A stretch of DNA of 60,040 bases, the filler included, from Actinomycetota bacterium (GTDB lineage Bacteria; Actinomycetota; Acidimicrobiia; Spongiisociales; UBA4744), in the NCBI GenBank assembly GCA_013152275.1. It is 3 parts of 3 records of this genome, joined end to end, with 100 filler letters (N's around TTAATTAATTAA, not from the genome) between each part and the next. Parts side by side here need not be neighbours in the genome. Positions count along the whole stretch, not along the records: positions 1 to 25,338 come from JAADGS010000010.1; positions 25,439 to 48,524 come from JAADGS010000066.1; 1 more part is not named here. One strand, given 5' to 3'. How positions within the stretch are numbered: the first letter of the stretch is position 1; each line of letters begins with the position of its first letter. The position numbers and the translations under genes were made by a program. Under the pieces are notes generated by a model. That model was not told where the DNA came from and did not search any database. It worked only from the letters and a program-made list of their open reading frames with translations. This document shows positions 20,592 to 28,721 of the stretch, piece after piece.

Positions 20592-22091
20592 ATGAGTGTT
20601 GATGCCTTCGATTGGATCGGCTACCACGCCGATGTGCGTCCCGGTGCGGTGGCGCTCATCGACGACTACACGAACCGCACGTTCACCTACGGCCGGCTCG
20701 ACGCGCGGGTGCGGGCGATGGCCGTGTGGCTGGCACACAAGGGGGTGGGGGAGGGCGACAGGGTCGCGTTCCTGTCGGCGAACACGACCGACATCTTCGA
20801 CGTCCTGTTCGCGTGCGCCCACCTTCGCGCGATCCTCGTGCCGCTCAACTGGCGGCTCGCGGTCCCGGAGCTGCAGTTCATCGTCGACGATTCGGAACCC
20901 AAGGTGCTGATCTACGAGGACCAGTTCGCCGGCGCCGCGGCGCAGCTGAACGTGGCCGAGGGGCTCGCGTTGGGGGAGCCGTACGAGGAGGCGCTCGACG
21001 CCCACGACCCGGCGGGTGCGCCGGACGTCGTCGCCGTCCACGACGACCCGTGGGCGATCATGTACACGTCGGGGACGACCGGGCATCCCAAGGGTGCGAT
21101 CGTCACGCACGGGATGTTCTTCTGGAACGCGATCAACATGGGCGACGCGGTCGGTCTCACGCAGCGTTCGGGGAACCTCAATGTCCTGCCGACGTTTCAC
21201 ACCGGCGGTCTGAACCTGTACACGACGCCGTGTCTTCGCCTCGGGGCGAGGTCCGTGAACCTGCGCGAGTTCGACCCGCAGAAGCTGCTGTCGTGGCTGA
21301 CGTCGGGTGAGATCACCCATTTCTTCGGGGTGCCGGCCGTCTACCAGTTCCTTGCGGAGGATCCGGCGTGGGCGGACGCCGATCTGTCGAAGGTGACCTC
21401 GTGGGCGAGCGGCGGTTCCGCGCTGCCGGTGGCGTTGCTGGAGCGTTACGCCGAGCGGGGGGTTGTGATCCGCCAGGGGATGGGGCTGACCGAGACGAGC
21501 CCGACGCTGTTCCTCACCGACGAGGAGCACGCCCTGTCGAAGGCCGGGTCGGTGGGCAAGCCGGTGCTGCACACCGCCATCCGCATCGTGGACGAGGCCG
21601 GGCGGGACGTGGCGCGCGGCGAGATCGGCGAGTTGTGGGCGAAGGGTCCGAACGTGACGCCCGGGTACTGGCATCGGCCCGACGCCAACGCGGCGTCGTT
21701 CACCGACGGGTGGCTGCACACCGGCGACGCGGCGCGGATGGACGACGACGGGTACGTGTTCATCGTCGACCGGTGGAAGGACATGTTCATCTCCGGCGGG
21801 GAGAACGTGTATCCGGCCGAGGTCGAGCAGGTGCTGTTCCGGCATCCGAACGTGCTCGACGTCGCGGTGATCGGCGTACCCGACGAGCGGTGGGGCGAGG
21901 TCGGTGTGGCGGTGGTCGTGCCGCGCGACGCCGACGCGTTCGACGCGGACGAGCTGCTCGGCTTTTGTGACGGCAGGCTGGCCCGCTACAAGATCCCGAA
22001 ACGGGCGGTGGTGGTGGACGAGCTGCCCCGCAACGCCGCCGGCAAGGTCCTCAAGCGGGTCCTCCGCGACACCCTCCCCCCCTGCTGTTGA
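20592..22091 (+). CDS. Long-chain acyl-CoA synthetase; stop codon supplied by REP copy 3
   Basis: YTSGTTGHPKG, GLTE, TGD, DMFISGGENVYPAEVE, LPRNAAGK. Confidence 0.94.
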   Translation: MSVDAFDWIGYHADVRPGAVALIDDYTNRTFTYGRLDARVRAMAVWLAHKGVGEGDRVAFLSANTTDIFDVLFACAHLRAILVPLNWRLAVPELQFIVDDSEPKVLIYEDQFAGAAAQLNVAEGLALGEPYEEALDAHDPAGAPDVVAVHDDPWAIMYTSGTTGHPKGAIVTHGMFFWNAINMGDAVGLTQRSGNLNVLPTFHTGGLNLYTTPCLRLGARSVNLREFDPQKLLSWLTSGEITHFFGVPAVYQFLAEDPAWADADLSKVTSWASGGSALPVALLERYAERGVVIRQGMGLTETSPTLFLTDEEHALSKAGSVGKPVLHTAIRIVDEAGRDVARGEIGELWAKGPNVTPGYWHRPDANAASFTDGWLHTGDAARMDDDGYVFIVDRWKDMFISGGENVYPAEVEQVLFRHPNVLDVAVIGVPDERWGEVGVAVVVPRDADAFDADELLGFCDGRLARYKIPKRAVVVDELPRNAAGKVLKRVLRDTLPPCC

Positions 22092-22211
22092 ACCCAGGGT
22101 TCGTAGGGGTCGTGGTGACCCCCCTGAGCCCAGGGTTCAACGAACCACCACCACCCCTGTTGAACCCAGGGTTCGTAGGGGTCGTGGTGACCCCCCTGAG
22201 CCCTGGGTTCA
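22089..22211 (+). repeat. REP-like doublet (copies 3 and 4: 22089-22139, 22161-22211; 72-bp period)
   Basis: Two direct 51-bp units just past the stop of the AbiEi/DUF559 gene. Confidence 0.95.
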
Positions 22212-22220
22212 ACGAAGGTG

Positions 22221-23120
22221 TTACTTCGCCAGGAGAGAACGGACCGTCTCGGCGACCTCCGCGGGGCGGGCCGTGAGGTCGTCCCACGTGAATCGGACGA
22301 GGCGCCAGTCGTGCAGCGTCGCCAGGCGGTTCCGGCGACGGTCACGTTCGAACGCCTCGACCTGGGTATGCCACCGTCGCGAATCCCACTCGATCGCGAG
22401 CTTCTTGTCGGGATACGCGGCATCGAAACGCCGGTGCTCGTCCCACGGAATCGGATACTCGAGCTGGGGATCGGGAAGTCGGGAGGATCGCAGAACGTCG
22501 AGACCGAGCAGTTCGAGCCGGCTCGCGTTCTCGTTGGGGGATTCGGCCCGTTCCCCGAGGATGGTTCGAAGAGATGTCGAGCCGGGTTTGCCTCGCCGCA
22601 GAACAGAGGAGGCGACGTCCCGCACCTCGGCGACGGTCAGCTTCTTGGAGGCGAGGAGATCATCGACGATCGACGCGAGGTGCTGGGGCCGCAGGAGCGC
22701 GGCGAGGTCGACGATCGTTCTGGCCATCGTGGTCACGGGCAAGCCATCGATCGTTGCGATGTGGGACTCGTCGAGGTCGTGGCTGCGGCGGATGGTGACG
22801 TCGGGGAAGTTGTGGGTGGTCCGGCTGTGGACGGTGACGACGGCGAGCCCCCGCCAGACGCGGGGGATCGAGAGCATCTCGGCCGCCGACTCGTGAGAGA
22901 CGACGGCGTCGGGCAGCCCTGCGACGGCGGCACGCAAGCGGTCCATGGGGTCCGTCATGTCGAAGATCCGGTACACCGAACGGGCGATGGATTGCCATCG
23001 GCCCGTGCGGACCCGCCTTCGGATCATGTCGACGGTCATGCCGTATTCGAGCACTTGGTCTTTCCTGATCACACCGCCTTGGCCGGCTGCCAGGTTGAGG
23101 ATGCGTTTGTCGGTCTGCAT
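22221..23120 (-). CDS. AbiEi-antitoxin-domain protein with C-terminal DUF559/Vsr-like endonuclease domain
   Basis: N-terminal AAGQGGVI..GRW..RSVY; VSHESAA; GLPVTT.ARTIVDLA; C-terminal RFDAAYPDKKLAIEWDSRRWH..DRRR..WRLVRFTW. Confidence 0.85.
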   Translation of the reverse strand: MQTDKRILNLAAGQGGVIRKDQVLEYGMTVDMIRRRVRTGRWQSIARSVYRIFDMTDPMDRLRAAVAGLPDAVVSHESAAEMLSIPRVWRGLAVVTVHSRTTHNFPDVTIRRSHDLDESHIATIDGLPVTTMARTIVDLAALLRPQHLASIVDDLLASKKLTVAEVRDVASSVLRRGKPGSTSLRTILGERAESPNENASRLELLGLDVLRSSRLPDPQLEYPIPWDEHRRFDAAYPDKKLAIEWDSRRWHTQVEAFERDRRRNRLATLHDWRLVRFTWDDLTARPAEVAETVRSLLAK

Positions 23121-23163
23121 GGCCCGATCATGAGGCATGGGTGTGACAGATCCCCGCCTCAAC

Positions 23164-23214
23164 TGAACCCTGGGTTCGTAGGGGTCGTGGCGACCCCCCT
23201 GAGCCCTGGGTTCA
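23164..23214 (+). repeat. 51-bp REP-like repeat, copy 5
   Basis: Lies 43 nt upstream of the AbiEi/DUF559 start codon. Confidence 0.95.
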
Positions 23215-23238
23215 ACGTTCGGTGAGTAACGTGGCGGG

Positions 23239-23919
23239 GTGAGTGCCCTGTTCGAGTTCGAGGATGTCCTCGTCGCCGGCGGCGATGGCACGCCGATCCT
23301 CCAGATCGATCACACGGTCGTGCAGGATGAGGGCATCACCGTCATCGTCGGCCCTTCGGGTGCAGGCAAGACGACGCTGCTCAGGCTGTGCAACCGTCTC
23401 GCCGTCCCCGACCGTGGAGCGATCCGGTTCCAAGGCGAGAACCTCTCCGCGATGGACCCTCTCACCCTTCGCCGCAAGGTCGGCATGGTGTTCCAGCATC
23501 CGGTGCTCTTCGGTGGGACCGGCCTCGACAACTTGCAGGTTGCGGAGCCGTCCATCGCCGAACCCGAGGCGAGGGAGCTGTTCCGAAACGTCGGGCTCGA
23601 CGAGTCGTTTCTCAACGCCGCCGTCGACGACCTGTCCGGGGGAGAGGCGCAGCGCCTCTGCCTCGCCCGGACGCTCGCCACCGGCCCACAGGTCCTGCTG
23701 ATGGACGAACCGACCGCGTCGCTCGACCCGGCGGCAACCGAACGTCTCGAGGGCCTCGTCCGAGACCTCGACGGCGTCCCGATCCTGTGGGTCACCCACG
23801 ACGTGGCCCAGGTTCGCAGGCTGGCGGACGAGGTGATGGCGATCGTCGACGGGTGGCTCGTCTCCGATGCCGCTTCGGTCCAGGGTTTCCTGAATGGGGG
23901 GCACCATGGCGAGCGGTGA
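23239..23919 (+). CDS. ABC ATP-binding protein (FetA/YbbL-like)
   Basis: [27 protein letters not shown]; next to a FetB-like permease. Confidence 0.9.
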   Translation: MSALFEFEDVLVAGGDGTPILQIDHTVVQDEGITVIVGPSGAGKTTLLRLCNRLAVPDRGAIRFQGENLSAMDPLTLRRKVGMVFQHPVLFGGTGLDNLQVAEPSIAEPEARELFRNVGLDESFLNAAVDDLSGGEAQRLCLARTLATGPQVLLMDEPTASLDPAATERLEGLVRDLDGVPILWVTHDVAQVRRLADEVMAIVDGWLVSDAASVQGFLNGGHHGER

Positions 23920-24739
23920 TGTCACGACCCTTGGCCTGATCGCGTCGCTCGTACTCATCGTCGTGGCACTCGGCCTGTCGCTCTGGCAGCGCCTTCACCT
24001 CGAACGCGAGATGATCTGGGCGACCATCCGCTCGATCGTTCAACTCCTCGCCGTGGGAGCGGTCCTGGCGGTCATCATCGACCCGACCCAGCCGCTGATC
24101 CTGTCGTGGATCTGGGTCGGCGCGATGCTCCTCTTCGCAGGGATCGTCGTGCAGCGCCGCGCCCGCGAGGTCCCCGACATCCTGCGACTCAGCTTCCTGG
24201 CGCTCGGGATCTCCTCGGTGGTGACACTCGGCGTCATCTTCGGGCTGCGCGTGTTCCCGCTCGAGGCTCGAACCCTCGTGCCGTTGGCTGGGATGATGGT
24301 CGGCAACTCGATGAAGGCGACGATCGTGGCGGCACGCAGAGTCATCGAGGAGATTCGCGACAAACGCCGCGAGGTCGAGGCACGCCTCGCTCTCGGCCAG
24401 TCGTCGACTCTCGCGTCGCGGCCGTACGTGAGGGCTGCGCTGCGCACGGCGTTGACACCACAGATCGAGACCACCAAGGCGGTGGGCCTGGTGTTCCTCC
24501 CCGGGGCGATGACCGGGCTGATCCTGGCCGGGGTCAACCCGGTCGACGCGGTCCTGGTGCAGGCGGCGATCATGTACCTGATCCTGGGTTCGGTGGCGAC
24601 GACCTCGACCGTCGTCACACTCGGCGTCGCACGCCGGCTCTTCACCGACGATCACCGGCTCAAGCGTCTGCCCCGCCCCTCGGACGTGTCGGCCCGCCCC
24701 GGGCTACTCGCGACGCTCGCCGTGCGCCTGCGACACTGA
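23906..24739 (+). CDS. fetB: FetB/YbbM (UPF0014) ABC permease
   Basis: RSIVQLLAVG, GMMVGNSM, VGLVFLPGAMTGLILAG..P..AV..Q. Confidence 0.88.
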   Translation: MASGDVTTLGLIASLVLIVVALGLSLWQRLHLEREMIWATIRSIVQLLAVGAVLAVIIDPTQPLILSWIWVGAMLLFAGIVVQRRAREVPDILRLSFLALGISSVVTLGVIFGLRVFPLEARTLVPLAGMMVGNSMKATIVAARRVIEEIRDKRREVEARLALGQSSTLASRPYVRAALRTALTPQIETTKAVGLVFLPGAMTGLILAGVNPVDAVLVQAAIMYLILGSVATTSTVVTLGVARRLFTDDHRLKRLPRPSDVSARPGLLATLAVRLRH

Positions 24740-24755
24740 ACTCGCGCACCCCCGT

Positions 24756-24877
24756 TGAACCCTGGGTTCGTATGCGTCGTGGTGACCCCCCTGAGCCCTG
24801 GGTTCAAGGAACTCGCGCACCCCTGTTGAACCCTGGGTTCGTATGCGTCGTCACGACCCCCCTGAGCCCTGGGTTCA
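24756..24877 (+). repeat. REP-like doublet (copies 6 and 7: 24756-24806, 24827-24877; 71-bp period), diverged inner hairpin
   Basis: Outer arms conserved; inner GTAGGGGTCG changed to GTATGCGTCG; both preceded by GAACTCGCGCACCCC. Confidence 0.93.
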
Positions 24878-24890
24878 ATGGACTAGGGGG

Positions 24891-24921
24891 AAAGAAAAAG
24901 CCGCCGGGGGTACCGGCGGCT
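24891..24921 (-). terminator. Rho-independent terminator of the RRM gene
   Basis: AGCCGCCGG/CCGGCGGCT stem followed on the minus strand by TTTTCTTT. Confidence 0.8.
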
Positions 24922-24939
24922 CTTCCGATTCGGTTGGTG

Positions 24940-25185
24940 CTAGCGCCGAGGACGGGCCTCGTTGACCTTGAGTCGGCGACCACTGAAATCGTGTCCGTCG
25001 AGCTCCTGGATGGCGGTCCGCGCCTCGTCGGCGTTGGCCATCTCCACGAAACCAAACCCGCGTGAGCGCCCGGTCTCCCGGTCACTGATCACGCTGGCGG
25101 AGGTTACTTCACCGTGTTCCCCGAACAGACGCTCGAGGTCACTCCCGGTGGAGTTGAAGGGAAGGTTCCCTACATAGATATTCAT
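24940..25185 (-). CDS. RNA recognition motif (RRM) RNA-binding protein
   Basis: RNP2 IYVGNL, RNP1 RGFGFVEM, LKVNEARPR. Confidence 0.96.
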   Translation of the reverse strand: MNIYVGNLPFNSTGSDLERLFGEHGEVTSASVISDRETGRSRGFGFVEMANADEARTAIQELDGHDFSGRRLKVNEARPRR

Positions 25186-25338
25186 TCTGGCTCTCGCCCT
25201 TTCCTACTGGCTCCGTCCGCCCCCCGGGTCCTCTGTCCTGTCTGACTCAGCCACACTCAGTTGGGCGGAAAGAGAAACCGGGCGAGTCGCTGCTCATGCA
25301 GCACCGCATAGGTTAGCGGATCCAGGGCCGGGCGGCGC

Positions 25339-25438
25339 NNNNNNNNNNNNNNNNNNNNNNNNNNNNNNNNNNNNNNNNNNNNTTAATTAATTAANNNNNN
25401 NNNNNNNNNNNNNNNNNNNNNNNNNNNNNNNNNNNNNN
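25339..25438. other. Artificial contig-joining linker
   Basis: N-run + TTAATTAATTAA (stops in all frames) + N-run. Confidence 0.98.
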
Positions 25439-26382
25439 GGCTCGTTCGCCGCGTCCGTCCCGATCGCCGAAATCGGCACCAACGGGCCCACCGTGTCAGG
25501 AATCACCACCACCTGGGCACGAAAGTCGGTCTGATCCAACAACCCCACCCACGCCGCGCAGTCGTCGCCGCACACCGACCCGCCATCCGCACCACCCAAC
25601 ACCAAATCCAAACGACCCATCTGCGGCGACTCCACCGCCTCCTGCACCCGAGCCTCCCACACCCCCTCCGGGTACGTCACCTTCACCTCCGCTGCCAACG
25701 GCACCAACGACCGCTGCTCCGGCGACAACGGAATCACAAAGGTCGGATCGGCCGGCACCGTCAAAACGACCTCCTCACCCCCAGACAGACGCGCCCCGAC
25801 CCGAAGACTGTCCGCGAACGCGACCCGCACCGGCAACTCGGGCACGAACACCACATCCCCCGCACCCAGCACCCCGTCGTCTTTGACCCCCAAACTCCTC
25901 TGCCACGCCTTCACCGCCGACTGGGTCGACCGACCGAACACTCCATCTGGCTCCACATCCAGAAACCCCAACGCCACCAACAGCTCCTGCAACTGGGCAA
26001 CATCTGGACCCGCGGCCGCCAACGACATGTCACGAAACGCCGGCACCGACCCCACCGCCACCACCACCGGCCGTAGATCCACGGTGTACAACACATCCCC
26101 CGCCGACACCTCATCTCCCGCCGTGACCGGCATCGATGTCACCACTCCCGCCGCACCATTGCGGCCTGCCGGCGACAACTCCCAGTGTGCGATCGCCGTG
26201 AACGTCAGCGACCTCCCAACCTGGCCCTCCTCCACCGTGTATGTCAACGGCGCCGGAGCCGTCAACGGATTCTCGGGTGACACTAACGCGACACGGCCGG
26301 CCCAAAACCCCATCGCCCCCACCAACACGAACGCCACCCCCGCCGCCACACCCGTCCTCGTCACTTGTGGCATCCGCACCAT
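25439..26382 (-). CDS. Peptidoglycan-binding-domain membrane-fusion/efflux adaptor-like protein (3' truncated by contig end)
   Basis: N-terminal TM, GDVLYTVDLRPV..G.VPAFRD, PG-binding GPDVAQLQELL..LG..DGVFGRSTQSAVKAWQ. Confidence 0.82.
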
Positions 26383-26400
26383 CACACCTCCAACCGAAAC

Positions 26401-26625
26401 CTACCAGCCGACCGTCGTGCGCCGGATAGACCAGACGGAGCGCTCCCGGCGAGGTGGGGGCTGCGGGTCTATACAACACCCGACGCTGTCGATCACACAG
26501 GTGGTTGTGTCCTCTGTTCCGGTCGGTTCCGCTCCTGTGGGCTGATTGCATCCGGCAGCGATCTCGTACTGGCCTGAGGCGGGGGCCTTTTCTCCCGGCC
26601 GATATGCCTTGACCAATGCACTCAC
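26401..26625 (-). CDS. Small protein with YjzC-like N-terminus (possibly decayed; start may be TTG 26616)
   Basis: YRPGEKAPASGQYEI; strong AAGGAGGTGA RBS. Confidence 0.5.
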   Translation of the reverse strand: MSALVKAYRPGEKAPASGQYEIAAGCNQPTGAEPTGTEDTTTCVIDSVGCCIDPQPPPRRERSVWSIRRTTVGW

Positions 26626-27314
26626 CTCCTTTCCGATGCGTTCGAGCGATCGTTAGAACCTGGGCGGCTCAGGTTGGTTCTGCTGGGGTCTGCGGCTGGC
26701 GGGTTGGGGATCCATCCCCATCGTGTTGCTTGGGTGATGGCTGCGTGGGAGCTGGATATGTCCATGTCGTCGAGGAGGTTGTGGAGAAGCCGTCGGGTGT
26801 GACGTTCCGATCTGGCGATGAGGTTGGCGGCCGTCTGGAGGGTTGCGCCTGCGGCGAGTGCGCCAAGGATCGCGATCTGTCGGGGATCGGGCGCTAAGTC
26901 TGAAGGTGGCTCCTCGAGTCGGGTCGCGAGGGCTCTTGCATCGGTGGTGTGAAGCGCAACGCAGCCCCGTAGCGCTGCGTTCACCTGCAGGTGCAGGTGG
27001 TTTGTTGTCGTGGTGGCATCGACGACCGATGCGCCAAGTCGCAGCCAGTACCGGTACTGAGAAGGAGTGGGGTCGTCCGTGAGCACAGCTATCGGCGATG
27101 CTTCGTGGCGTGTGGCCAGGTCGAGGAGGTAGGGATCGGGAAGGTCTGCGCTCAGGAAAATGAAGCCTTGCGGATGCTTGGCGACCCAGTCCGACAGGTC
27201 GTCCACAAGGCTCCAGGCGACTCCGTTCCGGTGGAGGGCGTTGTCAAGTCGCCGCCTGGGGATCGTCGCAAGGCGGTCGTCGACCGCGATTAAGGCTGAT
27301 CTGTCGTCGACCAT
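26622..27314 (-). CDS. LuxR/NarL-type HTH regulator with degenerate receiver-like N-terminus
   Basis: C-terminal RQIAILGALAAGATLQTAA..IARSERHTRRLL..QATRWGW. Confidence 0.75.
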   Translation of the reverse strand: MVDDRSALIAVDDRLATIPRRRLDNALHRNGVAWSLVDDLSDWVAKHPQGFIFLSADLPDPYLLDLATRHEASPIAVLTDDPTPSQYRYWLRLGASVVDATTTTNHLHLQVNAALRGCVALHTTDARALATRLEEPPSDLAPDPRQIAILGALAAGATLQTAANLIARSERHTRRLLHNLLDDMDISSSHAAITQATRWGWIPNPPAADPSRTNLSRPGSNDRSNASERR

Positions 27315-27408
27315 GAACTGGCTCCCACGAGGCCCCTTCGAGTGGCCGTCACGAGGTTGTGTCCGCGTCGTGCTGTATGTCGCGCAGGTTGTAGATGAGC
27401 GCGACAGA

Positions 27409-27424
27409 TGTCCGAATCCGGACA
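27409..27424. promoter_or_regulatory. Candidate operator between the divergent regulator and secreted-protein genes
   Basis: TGTCCG-AATC-CGGACA perfect inverted repeat. Confidence 0.45.
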
Positions 27425-27472
27425 CATCGTGTTGAAAGCCGGGACAGCCGGACCGGGAAAGGAAAGGAGTAG

Positions 27473-28054
27473 ATGATGACCCCAGTTAGGTATTTGAACC
27501 GTCGGCACTGGAGGACGCTACTCGCCGTGTTGGCGGTGGTGTTCGCAAGTGTGCTTGCGGTCTTGGTGCCCGCTGCGGCGGCTACCGACTCGTTGGGAGC
27601 GACAGCACTCTTTGAGGGAAAAACGATCCAGTTGGCTGACGGCTGGGGTGAGGCGACCGCCTGTCTGGTTCGCAGTGATGCTGAGGTGGTGGAATGCTTT
27701 CGTACCGAGGAGGAACTGGATGTCCGAATCGTCCAGCTTGAGCAGAGCCGAGGGCCAGAGGCTCCGCGGAGGCTGTCTTCGTGGTGTTCGGGTTATCTGC
27801 AGCTGTACGACGGGACCGCCTACAGCGGATCGGTGCTGTATGTACGTGACCGGTACCACTGGATCAACCTGGGCAACTACGGGTTCTCGAACCGGACGTC
27901 GTCGTTCAAGATCAGTGCCTGCCCGGCTATCTTTGCCGACGGTGACTATGGAGCCGGTGATTGGTATCCGACATCCCAGACAGAAGCGTGGGATCAATCC
28001 CCGTCGATGGCGCCAGGGTGGGACAACCGGGTTTCTTCCATCTACGTCGGGTAG
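27473..28054 (+). CDS. Secreted protein with C-terminal beta/gamma-crystallin-like (peptidase inhibitor I36-type) domain
   Basis: Signal peptide; LYDGTAYSG, NLGNYGFSNRTSSF, GWDNRVSSI repeated Greek-key-like motifs; AAGGAG RBS. Confidence 0.7.
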   Translation: MMTPVRYLNRRHWRTLLAVLAVVFASVLAVLVPAAAATDSLGATALFEGKTIQLADGWGEATACLVRSDAEVVECFRTEEELDVRIVQLEQSRGPEAPRRLSSWCSGYLQLYDGTAYSGSVLYVRDRYHWINLGNYGFSNRTSSFKISACPAIFADGDYGAGDWYPTSQTEAWDQSPSMAPGWDNRVSSIYVG

Positions 28055-28099
28055 CCAGCTCAAGGTTCGGGCCTCCGCTGCCGGGAAGGTGAGAGTGCG

Positions 28100-28642
28100 G
28101 TGACCGATCCGCCTTTGGATCCGCGGGAGGCCCGGGCTGCGTTTGAAAGACTGTATGCGGACACGTACCGGAAGGTGCTGGTGTACGCGAGGCGCCGCAC
28201 CACGTCGTATGCGGATGCCGACGATGTGGTCGCGGCGACTTTCCTTGTCGCGTGGCAGCGACTCGAAGAAGCGCTCGGTGCCGAGCATCCGCTCGCCTGG
28301 CTGTACGGGGTGGCATATCGGGTGCACGCGAATCAGCGCCGGTCCGCTGCCCGCAAGGCACGCCTGAGGCGGCGCGCGGCCGAGGAGATGGCCAAGTCGG
28401 ACCAGGATGTGGCACCGGTCGTTGCGGAAACGAACGAAACCCTCGGACTGGTACTCGGGGCGCTCGGGACCCTGTCGCGAGCCGACCAAGAGATCCTGCG
28501 GCTCGCGGCGTTCGAGCAACTGTCACATCCAGAGATCGCCGAGATGCTCGACATCCGGGCCGGTTTGGTGAGGAGTCGCCTGTTCAGGGCAAGGCGACGC
28601 CTCCAGGGCACCTACGAACGACTCTGCTCGGGAGACGGCTGA
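28100..28642 (+). CDS. ECF RNA polymerase sigma-70 factor
   Basis: ADDVVAATFLVAW, AWLYGVA, EIAEML..VRSRLFRARRRL. Confidence 0.93.
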   Translation: MTDPPLDPREARAAFERLYADTYRKVLVYARRRTTSYADADDVVAATFLVAWQRLEEALGAEHPLAWLYGVAYRVHANQRRSAARKARLRRRAAEEMAKSDQDVAPVVAETNETLGLVLGALGTLSRADQEILRLAAFEQLSHPEIAEMLDIRAGLVRSRLFRARRRLQGTYERLCSGDG

Positions 28643-28721
28643 TGGCGGCGATGACGCGACGATTCCATTCCGATGGACACACTACGGATGGGCGGATGTG
28701 TTCTGCACGAGGAGGAGGCAC

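Noticed and set aside
22089..22211. Repeat-spacer-repeat doublets (also 24756-24877) as a CRISPR array
   Set aside because: Only pairs of 51-bp units with 20-21-nt linkers, single copies dispersed elsewhere, and no cas genes or leader
171..22896. Many long antisense or alternate-frame ORFs (e.g. 445-2013, 2627-3991, 19983-21845)
   Set aside because: High-GC shadow frames over well-supported genes; Arg/Pro-rich with no motifs
22221..23120. Functional type IV AbiE toxin-antitoxin system
   Set aside because: No adjacent AbiEii nucleotidyltransferase, and the protein has a DUF559-like nuclease tail
25339..25438. TTAATTAATTAA palindrome within Ns (also 48569-48580)
   Set aside because: Standard artificial linker; links between genes across it are not supported
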